64,000 nucleotides of DNA from the human T2T-CHM13v2.0 reference genome, Homo sapiens. The translations under genes were made by a program, and so were the position numbers. Of this stretch, positions 41,782 through 55,229 are shown one piece after another; positions within the stretch are counted from its first letter, which is position 1; each line of letters begins with the position of its first letter. The notes under the pieces are model-generated. The model was given only the letters and a program-made list of their open reading frames with translations. It searched no databases and was not told where the DNA came from. Location of the stretch: NCBI RefSeq assembly GCF_009914755.1, contig NC_060932.1; one strand, 5' to 3'.

Positions 41782-42297
41782 TGTATCAGTTATCTTATTG
41801 CCAAAATAGTAGAATGCATCAAACTGCCCTAGAACTTAATAGTTTAAAAAAATAAGCATTTATAATTCTTCACATGTCTATAGGTTGGCTGCCGGTTTTC
41901 TGGGCCCATTGTAAGCCTGTGGTTAGCTGCAGGGTGGAGAGGCAGTTTTGCTAGTCTTGGCTGGGTTCTCTCACATGGCTAGCTGTGGACTGGTCACATG
42001 GTTCTCACATGCCCAACTCAGGATTGCTTCAGTTGAGACAACTGGTCTCCCTTCCATATGCTTCTCACATACTTGTCTATCACATTCCTTTAGAAGTCTA
42101 GGCTGGTTATGTTCTCATGGTGATCTCAAAGAGGCAAGACTGGAAACATGAAGAAATAAATGAATAAATAAACATGAAGAAAGAAACTATATCAAATTTG
42201 CTTCTATCCATTGGCCAAAGCAAGTTATGTGATGGAGCTCAGCAGTAGACTGGGAGAGGCCATGAATTGTAGTCATTAATGCCATCAATCTACAGCA
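41782..42297 (-). mobile_element. MLT1 (H-like) MaLR LTR
   Basis: tgtatcagttatcttattgcc...gtcttggctgggttctctcacatg...ccattggccaaagcaagttatgtg...caatctacagca. Confidence 0.8.
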
Positions 42298-43114
42298 ATA
42301 AGAAAATCTCTTTTCCTTAAATATACGCAAGTTGATAATTTCTATATAGCTATAAGAGTGGCTAGTGCTAATTATACCCCAGTGTTCTGATTATTTGGCT
42401 GTTTGGGGTAATTCTCTAGCCATAGAGGCTAGAGAAGTTGCATCTTTGTAATTCAGTTCATTGGAAGTTTAAGTTAAAATTTAAAATTGAATTTTTAAGG
42501 GGGTTCATTATCACTGGCTTGGGTAGTCTGGGCTCTAAGGAAGAAGAAGGGAAGAATTGTGACTATCATAATTATGCATCCATTTGTTCCACATGTGGAT
42601 AGAGCTTACTAGTTCTACATAGGACATCGCAGTGGAGAAAGGAAGTCTCCTTTCGGAGCACTGGCTGAAAATTAAGGAGGAAACGTGCTAAAATTCTGTA
42701 AGTCAGCTAAAGAATTGATAAGCTCCACTACAAAGATACAAAGTCTGTGTCCTGTAGTATATATTACACACATTTATTATTTAAAAGACATGTGATCCCA
42801 ATGGGAAATAAGAGCACCTCTCTTCAAACGTGAAAAAAAGTTAATTCTGAATGATAACTTTGTATCTATTTTTGAGATAATATAAATGTCCTAGATTCCG
42901 TGCTGTGTCTTAGAAAAAGACAATAAATATTTGCTTATTATTCATTATACTAAATAATATTTGCTTATTTAAAGCACTATAAAATAGTAAAAAAAAGACT
43001 AATAGTAATAATATCTTCACTTTAATCACATTTAATAATTTTCCATTTGTTTTTCACTTGTATCATTTCACATGAAGAGCCGTATGACTTCTCAGAGTTC
43101 ATACGGACCCTTAT

Positions 43115-43315
43115 AGAAATAACTACCATTTTTAGAGCACTCATTTTATGCTCACAACTCTATAAGGCAGGTATTTTAATTACCCCATATTTGCAGATTC
43201 AAAAAAGAAGGGCTTTAAAGGTAGACTGCCTAAGGTCACAGTCAGTTGTAGAGTCAGAACTTGAAATCTTCTCTTTGACATGAAAGCCAATGCTCTTCAC
43301 CATTACATTTCACTG
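43115..43315 (-). mobile_element. MIR
   Basis: cacaactctataaggcaggtattttaattaccccatatttgcagat...gcctaaggtcacag. Confidence 0.8.
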
Positions 43316-44323
43316 CACTTAATGGATATTAATATTATAGAGAACTTTTAAGAGGTAAATGGTCTGAATAGTGCCTACTAAAGATATGGTCAAAATGGTC
43401 TTTGGGATTGGCCAGGAGAGACAATCCCCTGGCTGGCCAGCGTAAATATCCAGCATTCTCAAACATTCTAGATACAATAACATTAGTTCTCAAGCTGACC
43501 CAGCCCACTGGACCACAGCCTTGGCTCTGACTGTGTTTTCAACTAAGTCACCTTCTCATTGTGATTTGCTCCCATAATGAATACACAGACTGGCCTCAGG
43601 GGAGTTTTATTACTTATCATAATTGATTAAATTAGCATCTAGTTAAGTAAATATTAACAGAGAAAAACATTTCAAAAAAGACTACAACTCTTATCACTGT
43701 AAGCTCAGTCTTTCAAAACTATATAGATTATCTCCAAAGTGCACACGATGGATACCCTCAGATGAAATATTTGTTCGAAAATGCAGTCGTCAACTATCCT
43801 TTTGACCATCCTACTTTATCAGTGCAGCAGTCCCAGGTGTTCACTCTTGGAACTGTCATTCAAACTAAATGACTGGGGTTCATTTAAGGAGCGATTTCTG
43901 TATTTCTGGAATTATAGCTAGGTTATACTCTAGAAGCAATTTGAAAAAAATAAATGGGCTAAATTCTGACAGGTAAATTAGCTAATCCAAAGATGGTTCT
44001 AAACAGAGTTTATTCTCTCAGCCTCTGTTCTGCTAATTAGTGTGCCAGAACAGTTGTTTACTCAGTGGATTTGTGCCATTATTTAAACTTTTGCTAAGGC
44101 AAAACTAGATCTTAAAAGTAGAGAAAAAATTGGCTTGGTTTTGATTTGTGCACGTGGGCAGTATTTAAACCACTGGAGATGAAGACAAAATGAAAAACCA
44201 TACATCTCTTAAGAGTTAGCTCTCCTTTTTCTGAGTAATGAATCTTATCCTCCTTCAGGAGCCTCTGCTGAGAGAAATATAATCCCATCATATCACTTTA
44301 GCTAAAATATAGGGAAAATGTAA

Positions 44324-44695
<372 letters not shown>

Positions 44696-44699
44696 TGAT

Positions 44700-45370
44700 T
44701 CTTTATAGAAAAACTTAGAAAATACATGTAAATAAAAGGGAAAATATCAGAATTATCTGTAACTTAGTAATCCAAGTAAACTTTTAACATTTTATATGTA
44801 TTTTCTTAAGATTTTTCTGTAAATTCAAATGGGTTCAGATTATCATCTACTTTTTCCTACTAAAATATATAGTATGGTAATTTCCCCTGTCATGAAATAT
44901 TCTTCAATAATATTATTTTTAATGGCTGCCTAGTAAGTGGGAGCAAAACTTCCATTATAGATTCTATTATGTATTTAACCAGTCATTTTGGTCATACTTA
45001 GATTGTTTCTAATTTTTCACTTTTAGAAGAGCACTACAATGACCATACATCTGACAAAATTTTCCAACATCTAAAATTGTTTCCTCAGTGTGAATTCATA
45101 ATAGTAGAAATTATGGACCATGGGGTATGTAAAATTATAAATCTCCAGTGAATTTTGTCAATTTGTCCTCTTGCAAGGTCTTATCTCCACTAGCAAATTT
45201 ATGAGATTCTACTTTCCTTGGACTCTATTTTTGATTACTATAATTTATTTTTTTAATTTGAGGAGTTAAAAAATGGTGTTATTTTTATTTCTATTTATTT
45301 TCTTATTAGTGAGGATAAATGCTTTTCTTATGCATTTTTGTATTCACATTTCTTCCTTTTGATTTGACAT
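44700..45370 (-). mobile_element. L1ME fragment
   Basis: ttttaatggctgcctagt...tatttaaccagtc...tagattgtttctaatttttcac...cccactagcaa-like segments. Confidence 0.6.
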
Positions 45371-45524
45371 ATTTTTTAAAACTCTCCTCAAGATTGAGTT
45401 ATTTAGCGTATTTTGAACTATTGCTTTCATCATTAATCAAAAAAATAAATTGAAGACTAATTTGGGATTAAGCTATGAAAGCTGAGTACTAAATTTCACT
45501 CTAATTTGTAGATATTTAGCAGGG

Positions 45525-45820
45525 TTTTTTGTTTGGTTTGGTTTTTTTTTTTTTTTTTTTTTTTTTTGAGACAGGATCTCACTCCCATCGCCCAGGTAGG
45601 AAGGTAAGAGTGCAGTGGCATGGTGACCATGGCTCATTGCAGCCTAAACCTCCTGGGCTCAAGGGATCCTCCTGCCTCTTTTTTCTTTTCTTTTCTTTTT
45701 TTATAGAGCTGAGGTCTCACTATGTTGCCCAAGCTGGTCTGGAACTTCTGGGCTCAAGCTGTTCTCCCTCCTTAGCCTCCCAATGTGCTGGGATTATAAG
45801 CATGGGCCAATGTGCCCAGT
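45525..45820 (-). mobile_element. AluJ, rearranged or internally deleted
   Basis: gcagcctaaacctcctgggctcaagggatcctcctgcctc and gaggtctcactatgttgcccaagctgg (J diagnostics). Confidence 0.88.
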
Positions 45821-46264
45821 GGTAAAACTAAAAATTAAACAGATTATTTAGTTTTTAATATTACCTTTTATTTCATACAGTCTTATAGAGAATATAATTT
45901 CTCTCTGAGAATGTATTTTGTGAAAGTACAAGATTTGCCAATAAGTGAAGACGATAAAAATAATCAGCAAAGAAAAGAACCAGGGATCAGTAAGTCCGCA
46001 TCATTATTGGTCTTGTTTCTTTCAACGTCTGGGATGGTAAAAGGGACACACCATCTGCAGTACCATGGTTATGTGGACCATTTCTGTCTCTGAAATGTTT
46101 TGTTTTCCAGAGTGAGTTTTTTTATCTTGGAATTCTTAGCTTCCACTCTTTAAAAACTGTGCCAAAGACTGGGAAGGAAAGGAAAGCAAATAGAGACACC
46201 TCTACAGAAGTGAGTTCTTGGTATCATCACTGCACCTAATGCAGGAGGTGGAGTTGACGCAGGT

Positions 46265-46500
46265 CTTTTTATTCATTCATTCAATAAACATGGGGTAGGT
46301 TATTGGATTGGGTATGTGGATTGTTACTTTAGGAGGCTAGGGAAGGTTGTCTCCGATGAGAGAGGAAAGAGCAAGTGCAAACTTCTTGCAGAGGAGGTAT
46401 GTAAGGAACAGCAAGGGAGCTGCAACAGAGTGAATGAAGGGGAGAGCCATAGGAGCTGAAGTCAGAGACAAAGTCAAGGGCTGGACCACAAAAGGCCTGA
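46265..46500 (-). mobile_element. L2 3' end
   Basis: attcattcattcaataaacat...caagtgcaaac...aggaacagcaagg. Confidence 0.7.
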
Positions 46501-47042
46501 GAGACAGACAGTTTTCCCTGACTTACAGTGGAGAGGCTGTGGGACCAGATGCCTGGGACTCCTGCTTACTGTCTATGTGACCATCTCTATACCTCAGCTG
46601 CTCCCTCATATGGGATAATAATATTTCCCCCTCTGACCTATTATGAGAATAAAATGTGTTGATCTGAGGTACTTAGAACAGGACCTGGCACCGTAAGACT
46701 TAATAGTTTTTTGTTATTGTTATTTTAAAAATTGATACCTGCCTCTAAAGGCCTCTAATTTCTGGCATATCCACTCTACTTTGCCTCTTTTTGATGCCTT
46801 GTTACATTTGTTTTTTTTTTAAACAATTGATTGAAAGATCATAACCGAATCTATAGTACTTATGTCTTGAAAAACATTTGTATTTATAATAGCTGTTTTC
46901 TGTTCTTCAGGAAGTAGAGTTATAAGTGATGGAGAAAAGCTTCAGTGTGGTCTTAGATTTCTTCTGGAATGAAAGTGATATTTTTCCATTGGGTCATTGA
47001 GTAATTTCTGACTTCATTCTGTAGGAATATGATCAATTTAAA

Positions 47043-47298
47043 AGTATATAGTGATTAAGAGTGAAGACCCTAGATACAGGTTGTGTGGGTTTGAATTTGA
47101 GCTTCACTTAGTTGTGTGACCTAGGGCAAGTTTTTAAAACTCTTTGTGCCTCAGTCTCTTTATAAAATTAATATGATGATAGTACCTATCTCACAGTACA
47201 ATTTTAGGATTAAATGAAAGTGTATGGTGTATGAACATTATTTGCTAGGCTGCCTGACTAGTAGTAAACATTCAATAAATATTGGATACTATTATTAT
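47043..47298 (+). mobile_element. MIR, near full length
   Basis: tagtgattaagagtg...tgtgtgacctagggcaagtt...tgtgcctcagtc...tagtacctatctcacag...ttcaataaatattgg. Confidence 0.9.
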
Positions 47299-47623
47299 AA
47301 TCAGCGATTTGTGACTTAGAAGTATATAAGTGAACTAAAATTAGAATCACTGCATCAGGAAATTTGTTAGAAATATTTTTGAAATTATCATTTCCTTCTC
47401 TTCTGCTGTTGCTAAGTTAAAAATGGTAAGAAATGGACTCATCAGATATTTCCTCCCATTGATTTTAATTCTGCTTCATGGCTGCGCGTTTTGTATACTG
47501 ATTCATGACTGTATTCACTGAAGCCCAATCAAAGACTGCAGGGCAAAGCTTCTTAGAAGACTTCAAACAACCAGGCTTGCAGTTGTGAATGATATGGGTC
47601 TCAGACTCATCTCTCCTCATGAA

Positions 47624-47908
47624 TTTATTTATTTATTTATTTATTTTGAGATGGAGTCTTGCTCTGTTGCCCAGGCTGGAGTGCAGTGGCCTGATCTCGG
47701 CTCACTGCAAGCCTCCCAGGTTCATGTCATTCTCCTGCCTCAGCCTCCCTAGTAGCTGGGACTACAGGTGACCACCACCACGTCCGGCAAATTTTTTTGT
47801 ATTTTTAGTAGAGACAGGGTTTCATCATGTTAGCCAGGATGGTCTCGATCTCCTGACCTCGTGATCTGCCCGCCTCAGCCTCCCAAAGGGCTGGGATTAC
47901 AGGCATGA
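47624..47908 (-). mobile_element. AluY-like, 5'-truncated, (TTTA)n tail
   Basis: ttagccaggatggtctcgatctcctgacctcgtgatc; TSD-like catgaatttattt/catgaattgattt. Confidence 0.95.
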
Positions 47909-48349
47909 ATTGATTTTTAAGAGAATAAAAGAGACTGATAGATTCTCCAAAGGGCTGAGAACCACCACTAGGGGCGTCACTGTACATTGTCGTCACTGTA
48001 TATTGTCATCAGTTGCTTTAACTTGGCAGCTGCTGTTATTGTGACATGATTGTGGCTGTTTTCCCTCTCTTCCTGAAATATTAGCATAGGAATATTAATT
48101 TTCTTAAGTCTTCCATTATCTCTATGAAAAATACTTGATTACTTGGGGCTATGTGAAGACTATGTTCTGACAGGCTAATCTAATCCTCTAAGAAAGTGTG
48201 AGAAATGTCTTAGATGAAAGGCTAGTGATAAATCAATATGTGATATCTCAATGTAGAATAAACAGTCAGACACCTGGGGGCACATGGTCTTAGTTGGGGG
48301 ACAGAGGCTGACATGTTTCTGCCTTTAGCTTAGTGATGAAAATATTAGC

Positions 48350-48993
48350 ATCTGTAGCATTCATAATTATGGATGCAAATTAACAAAATTTTCTCCAGTG
48401 CTGTTTAAATAGAAATTTCTATGATAATGGAAATATTCTATACTTGTGCTGCCTAATACCGAGGAACAAATTATTTTATTTTATTTTAATTATTTAAAAT
48501 TTAGTTGCTGTGGGTGGCTGGTGGCTACCCTATTGGAAGCATAGTTATAAGCAATGGCTTACATGAGTACTAGGTTTATTTTCCTCACATAAGAAGAAAT
48601 CTAGAACTGGGAAGCACAGGGATACCATGGGTGCCTAAGGATGTTGTAAGGAAATGAGCTCCTTCCATGTTCTTCCTCAGCATCCCTGCCTGACATTTGA
48701 CTTTCATCCTCACGGTCACAAGATGGCTGTGCCCTGGTGCATCTCATCTGTATTTTCTACAGGAAGAAGGGGATTGGGTAAAAGGTAGACATTTTCAGAA
48801 GGCTCTTCTGTGTTTTTTCCAAAAAGACTTTTACCAACCTCTCATTGACCTAGACTTGTTACATGGCCATCCCTGCCTGCAAGGGAGGCTGGGAGTTTAA
48901 GTATTTCCCTCAGCAACTTCTGTTGTAGATAAAGCAAAAGGAGGAAGAGGTTGGAATGGATATGGAGGCCACTGGTCTACAGTTTTTACCATA
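48350..48993 (-). mobile_element. MLT1J/K-like LTR interrupted by MER3
   Basis: ggtttattttcctcacataagaagaaatctaga...cctcacggtcacaagatggctg...catggccatccctgcctgcaagggaggctggga. Confidence 0.75.
48397..48544. mobile_element. MER3 (hAT-Charlie), internally deleted
   Basis: cagtgctgtttaaatagaaatttctatgataatggaaatattcta...gtggctggtggctaccctattgga. Confidence 0.8.
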
Positions 48994-49836
48994 GCAGACA
49001 TTTGGCTCTTTGTCCTGTGGAATTCCACAATCATGCCACACTCATGGGCCTGGAGCTGCCAATGTCTTTTTTTTTTTTTTTTTAAACATCTAGTTGACAA
49101 ACTGTAAATGACACTAGACTTGGGCTTGAAGACTGTTTAGCACATAGAATATAGGATTAGAACTTTGATATATTGGAGTGATGATGAGTATTGCATTTGA
49201 GGAAAACTGTCTAATGACTGGATAGTGTAAATGGATTTTGAAGTATTAAAAACAACTTAGCACGTACCGAGGAAATAAAGATATAAGAGTTAGAAATTGA
49301 AAACCAAAATCTCAACATCAGTAAGCATCTCATTGTTACAGTATATACGAGACTCATGGCCTGATGGAACACCAGCCCATGGGTCACCCTGGGAACCCCC
49401 ACACCAATGCTTATCCTCTCAACCACAAACACAGATTTAAAACTTCCCTTTACAGAACAGGAAACTGAAGCTTGGAGTCATTACGCTACTTATCTAAAAC
49501 CTCAACTGCTATGTGACAGTCAGGATTCAGATCCGAAGTTGGCGGAGGCAGGGAAGCCACGGCTTTATTGTCCTGGGCTCGCGTTCTGCCTCTTCCCCTC
49601 TCTATGTGATCTTTCTATGACCACATCTGCTCACGCTTGTTCCCCAGCTTGAAATTCGTTCTCAGTGGCTGCTCTGAGTTGGCCCCCCAATCTGACTCTC
49701 TGCCCTCTAGCCTGCAATGAGGGAGTGGAGGATGCCGGCCCAAGACTATCATATGCTCCTCCAGAGTTAACAGTTTCTTCTAATTGTCTTTAGATCCCAG
49801 AACAGCATCTGACACACTTAAGAAATGCTTACTTTA

Positions 49837-50131
49837 GGCCGGGCATAGTGGCTCACGTCTGTAATCCCAGCACTATGGGAGGCTGAGGTGGTTGGATCAC
49901 CTGAGGTCAGGAGTTCAAGACCAGCTTGGCTAATATAGCGAAAACCTGTCTCTACTAAAATTACAAAAATTAGCCAGGCATGGTAGTGTGTGCCTGTAAT
50001 CCCAGCTACTTGAGGAGCCTGAGGCAGGAGAATCACTTGAACCTGGAGATGGAGGTTGCAGTGAGCCGAGATCTCGCCACTGCACTCCAGCCTGGGCGAC
50101 AGAGCAAGACTCTGTCTCAAAAAAAAAAAAA
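49837..50131 (+). mobile_element. Alu (AluSx/Sq-like)
   Basis: Full Alu; TSD aaatgcttacttta at 49823-49836 and 50132-50145. Confidence 0.97.
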
Positions 50132-51324
50132 AAATGCTTACTTTATCAGATAATGTGTGATATAGATATAAGAATTCTCCCAGTTTTGGAGGGGTATTAG
50201 AAAAATATACAAATGTTATTTTTTTTTTCCTCTTTCCACCAGGGATGGTTGGTTTGTTTCCAGACTGATTTTGCGTTTCTCAGTTTTTCTAAGAAAATAT
50301 GATTGTAAAATTTAGGTCAAATTTATGAATATCTTCCAATATTTTATTCAGTATATTTAAAACTTATACATGCTCAGTGTAAATATTTTTCAGTAATCTC
50401 TGTAATAATTTCTCTTTGAATTGACAGTTATACAGGCTGATGTTCCCTTAACATGGAAACTAAGAATAGAAGGATTTCTGTAGCCTGTGTGTGTGTGTGT
50501 CTGTGTGTTGTGTGTAGAACTGTAGTGCTTTCATTTATATAACAGGTTGGTATCTTTATTTCTCTTTAAGTCTTTTTTGTAAAGTCATAATCCCTTGCAA
50601 AATGAATGTATTTTTTAATCATCCAAAGGCCCATTACAAAAAATTGAAAGGAACTTTATGTGTTATGTAAACCAATGGGCCAACTTTTAGATAATCTTAA
50701 AAGGGAAATGATGGAATGGAATTAGCTAGCATTTAAAAACTACAATTGTATAGCACAGATGGAATGAATGTTATGTTTATCCTGTGCTTTCTTCAAATGT
50801 AGATTATACTCTTTACCTATCTGATTTCATTTCAGAGCTAAGAGAAAGAATATTTATTAATATGTTCAAAATGAGCTGGTTTTAACAGCTGCCTCAGGAA
50901 GAAAAGTTCATTGATTTTATAATCCTGAGAATAAAGACTTCATTACCTAACACTCTCCTAAACACCTGCTGGGTGTAAAATGATGCCCTACCTCTATTGA
51001 AATGAAGCTTCTGCTTATTTTGTAGAAGGTATAAAACTTTGAAAACTAAGACAGATCCATAGAGTTTGGGATATTTTAGAACCAGTACTTCAGTTTATCT
51101 TCCTATCATGGTCTTCCAGTTGCTGGAGAAAATAATAGAGCCTTCTTATGAATACTAAACTCTCTAGTACCAGTGGATTTCAAGGATTTCCTGGCCCTTC
51201 CTCATCTCAGGGGAAAATAATTTTGCAGTCTGCTTGCTAGTTCCTGGTCAGACTGACAGGACAAACCCATTTTAGTCTATCTTATGGACTACAGTAATGC
51301 AACTCTGAATAGTTAAGTGATTTG

Positions 51325-51806
51325 CTGTAGTAAAGTAAATTATTTGCTACTCCTCTCATTGAGATGTAAGGTCTAACTCTTCTTCCCTTCCCTTGAATTT
51401 GGGCTGGCTTAGTGATGTGTTTGACTAAAAGTATTTGGGAGAATTGATGCTCTAAGACTTTTGAGGCTGGATCATAAGAAGCCTTTCAGTTTCTACACAC
51501 AACCCAGGGGACACTTGCTGTTGGAGCCCTGAGCTGACATAGAAGTCCAACTATCCTGAGGCCACCATCCTGTAAGATATGCTGAAGATATGCTAAGCCA
51601 GTGTATAGGGGTTGTAGCCCATAGACTTCTGAGCCATCCCAGATGATAACATGCAACAGAGATGAATTGTCCCCACTCATGTGAGTCTAAATTGCTGACC
51701 TAAAAATTCATGAGATTTAATGATGATAATGATGATGGTGATGATGATGATGAAGATAGTAATAATGATAAACTGTTGTTTTAAACTGGTGTGGATAACT
51801 GGAACA
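51325..51806 (+). mobile_element. MLT1 (H-like) LTR with internal (GAT)n tract
   Basis: ccttgaatttgggctggcttagtga...ggagccctgagctgac...tatcctgaggccaccatcctg...gataactggaaca. Confidence 0.78.
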
Positions 51807-52054
51807 CCTGCAAAACTGTAACTCAGAGCTTTTGACTCTAGTGCCTGTGCTCAGTTTCCTCCCTGTAACTGTCAGCTGCCCATGTACCTGTGATATTGTA
51901 TTAAACTTATGATTTATAGGAATTACAGGAATAAAACGAATGAGTTATATTTCTCTCATAAGAAAACAAAGCTAGAACGAATTTAAAATAACTCTGCCAT
52001 CATGCTTCATTTTTCTTCATATCTCCTAACCAAAATGGCATTATGTTACGTATC

Positions 52055-52205
52055 TATTCGTTCGTCTGTCTTCTTTCTCTCCCAGGATATAAACTCTATG
52101 AGGACTTTATTTTGCTCTTTGCAGCTTTAACAGCACCTATACTAGCATCTGGCGTGATTAGGCACTCACAGTGTATTTGTTGAATAAATGAATGAATTAA
52201 TGAAA
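52055..52205 (+). mobile_element. L2 3' end
   Basis: tataaactctatgagg...taggcactcacagtgtatttgttgaataaatgaatgaa. Confidence 0.85.
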
Positions 52206-52524
52206 GATGATTCTCAGAGAAAATAAAGCATAAATATCACTGTATCTGTTTAGAGTATTATTCTTCTGGGAAAATGTGAAAACCAGAATATTACAAAGGT
52301 AATAAAGCAAACATTTGATAACCTAAAACCCCAATGTAGCAAATGTTAAGATGATACATGTTCACATCATAGTTTTTGTCTTAAAGAAATAAAATATTAG
52401 AGTTGGAGGTTGAATTTGTGTATATTTTTCTATTTCCCTCTTCATTGTCCTAAAGTCAACACTGTTATATATTTGACTTGTATATTCTTATGCTTTTACT
52501 ACATATAATTTTATCTACAAATAA

Positions 52525-53317
52525 TATATCTACTTGGCTCTGCCTTCAAAATATAATATATTTCCAATCCATTTTCACCTGCCCTTGCTACTTCCCTAGT
52601 GCATCCCCGATCTTTTCTCAGAATTACTACATCTTCCTAACCGTTCTCTGCTTACTCTCTCACAGCATCAGTGCAACACTACTCCATCTTTTCTTCACCC
52701 AGCAGCCAGACTGATCCTTCAAAAACAAACATTGGATCACGTATCCTCCCCTCTCCTCACTCTTCCATGGTCTCCATCATACCTGAAATACAACACCAAT
52801 CCTTGCCATGTTCAAGGCCCTGTTTCATCCAATGCTGCAGTGCCAGCCCTCCTGTTCCTGCCGTGCTCCAGGCACTCCTGGTGCACTGGCCTCTTTGCTG
52901 TTTAGAGAGCACACCGAGCACATTTCCTCCTCTGGGCCTTTGCGTTTGCTCGTTCTTTCCCTTAGCTTATCCTCCCACCGTCTTGTCTCACGTGAGTTGC
53001 TTACAACCTGCATTTGTTTTTTGTTCAAAAGTCACCTCCCAATGAGGATGGGCAGTACCAACTGATTAATAGTTGAACTCCCTTCATGAACCCATACCAA
53101 GGTTTTTTTTTTCTGCAAAACTTACTGCTACTTGGTAGAATTTGCTTATGTTTGTATGTATGCATGCATGTAGGATGCATTTATCTGTTTTCTGTCTATT
53201 CCCTCGTTAGATTATAAACTTTGTAAGGTCAGGGACCTTCTATTATTCTATTGTTTTGGGGCTTAGAACAATAACTGACATAAAGTAGGTGCCCCCAAAG
53301 TATGTGTTGAATGAAAA
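52525..53317 (+). mobile_element. L2a 3' part
   Basis: ggctctgccttcaaaatat...cagcagccagactgatcc...gggcctttgcgtttgc...gcttagaaca...tgttgaatgaa; accounts for ORFs 52478-53065. Confidence 0.88.
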
Positions 53318-53432
53318 AATATGGGAATCTAGTGTTTTGCTTTTAAAACTGTACATAAAGTTTATCATACTGGATGCATCTTGTGGCAATTTGCTTTTCT
53401 CATGTCAAAGTATGTCCATATTGAGATTGATC

Positions 53433-54159
53433 TATAACTGCCCAATGGGTTTTCCTTGCCTGCTGCCTAGACAGAACTGATTTATGAAGACACGGGAATT
53501 GCAATGGATAAAGAGTAATTCACTCAGAGCTGGCTGTGCGCGAGACCGGAGTTTTATTATTGCTCAAATCAGTTTCCCCATTTGGGGATCAGAGTTTTTA
53601 AACATAATTTGGTAGATAGGGGCTTGGGAAGTGGGGAGTGCTGATTGGTCAGGTTGGAGATTGAATCATAGGGGGCCGAAGTTAGGTTTTCATAATGTCT
53701 TCTGTTCCTGGGTGTGATGGCAGAACTGATTGGGCCAGATTATCAATCTGAGTGGTGTCAGCTGATTCATCCAGTGCAGGGTCAGCAAAACATCTCAAGC
53801 AGTGATCTTAGGTTTTACATTAGTGATGTTACCCCCAGGAGCAATTTGGGGAGGTTCGGACTCTTGGAGCCAGAGGCTGCATGACTCCTAAATTGTGATT
53901 TCAAATCTTGTCGCTAATTTGTTAGTCCTGCAAAGGCAGATTGGACCCCAGGCAAGAAGTGGGTCTTTTTGGAAAAGGGCTGTTATCAATTTTGTTTCAG
54001 AGTCAAACCATGAACTGAATTCCTTCCCAAACTTAGTTCCGTCTATGCCCAGGAATGAATAAGGACAGCTTAAGGGTTAGAAGCAAGGTAGAGTCAATTA
54101 GGTCTGATTTCTTTCACTGTTATAATGTTCTCCGTTACAATTTTGCAAAGGCGGATTCA
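53433..54159 (-). mobile_element. LTR8-family solo LTR (ERV1, HUERS-P1)
   Basis: tataactgcccaatgggttttccttgcctgctgcctagacaga...aattttgcaaaggcggattca; 4-bp TSD gatc/gatt. Confidence 0.92.
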
Positions 54160-55229
54160 GATTGAGCTCTTTATCTGTATATCTAATCTATCTAGTCCAG
54201 TTATTTTAACTGTGGCTCATTATCCCACACAGTTTATTGATCCATTTCACTATTGCTAGATTGTAGTTACTTACAGTTTTTCACTTTTCTAAGCAATGCT
54301 GAAAGGAACATTCGTTTAAAGATAGTTACCTTCTTTGTTTTTTCCTTGTAGATGTATAACAGAATAAGAATTTGGTTTCTTTCACTTAACAATTACATTC
54401 ATGATAATAGTGATTGCGTTTAAATTATTTTTTGCTTTGATGATTGGTCTACCAGCAAATGTTCCCATAAAAATCTAAAAGTCATTTTAGGAGGGGAAAC
54501 ATAATATCACATTTTTTGAAAGAACAAGTTTGATATTATGTTTATCCTTTAAATCTCATACTTTTCTGATAAAATACCCTAATTATGAATATTTTCTCCT
54601 AAAAAAACTAGAAAATAATGTTACCCATGATTAAATTATTTGTTCTGGTGTTATATGCATGCATGTTTGTGTGAGCATGTATAGCAGTAAGATCATTTGA
54701 ATTACTGTGGCCCCAGTGGTAATAGGCAACACTACTCTTCCACTAAATCATAGAGAAACCTTTCAGAGAGTTTTGCATTTTGTTTGTCAAAGTTTAAGAA
54801 AAAGCTAATTTTGTGACAGAGTTGTAAGCTTTATTAAACTGAACAGATGAGGAGAAAGAAATGAAACTATTGAAAAACTCATTAAGGGTTGTAATTCTAG
54901 AGTATAGTATGGACAGTTTCCAAAAGAATAGTAGCTTTTATGTGCTCTGAAGAAGCATACTTTATGGGTGATGTCATGTGTTTTGACTCTGAAGCTATGA
55001 ATGTCACTAAAACAGATAAGAAAAAAAATTACTTTTCCAGGGGTGATAATTTTTCCTTGCTCATAGTCAAATTATTCTGAGAGACAAAGAAGCTGAGTTC
55101 ACTTTACTTAATTTGTAATTTGTAACAGTTTAGACAGAGGTTAATCTAAACTTTACTTCTACATTTATCTGTGCTAAGAAAAATTAAAAATTTGCTAATG
55201 TTAAAGTTGAATGGATTCAGAAAATACAA

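Larger units (their letters stand above)
52340..54315 (-). mobile_element. L1ME(3-like) fragment split by L2 and LTR8 insertions
   Basis: Colinear pieces: cttttactacatat (to 52520), ttttaaaactgtacataaagtttatcatactg...ttgagatt (53320-53432), ctagtccagttattttaactg...agcaatgctg (54160-54315). Confidence 0.65.

Noticed and set aside
43725-43872. Short CpG-containing open frame (…AHDGYPQMKYLFENAVVNYPFDHP…)
   Set aside because: No convincing splice sites and no recognisable protein similarity.
50215-50255. Strong acceptor ttttttttcctctttccaccAG
   Set aside because: No convincing downstream donor or reading frame; such motifs are common in T-rich introns.
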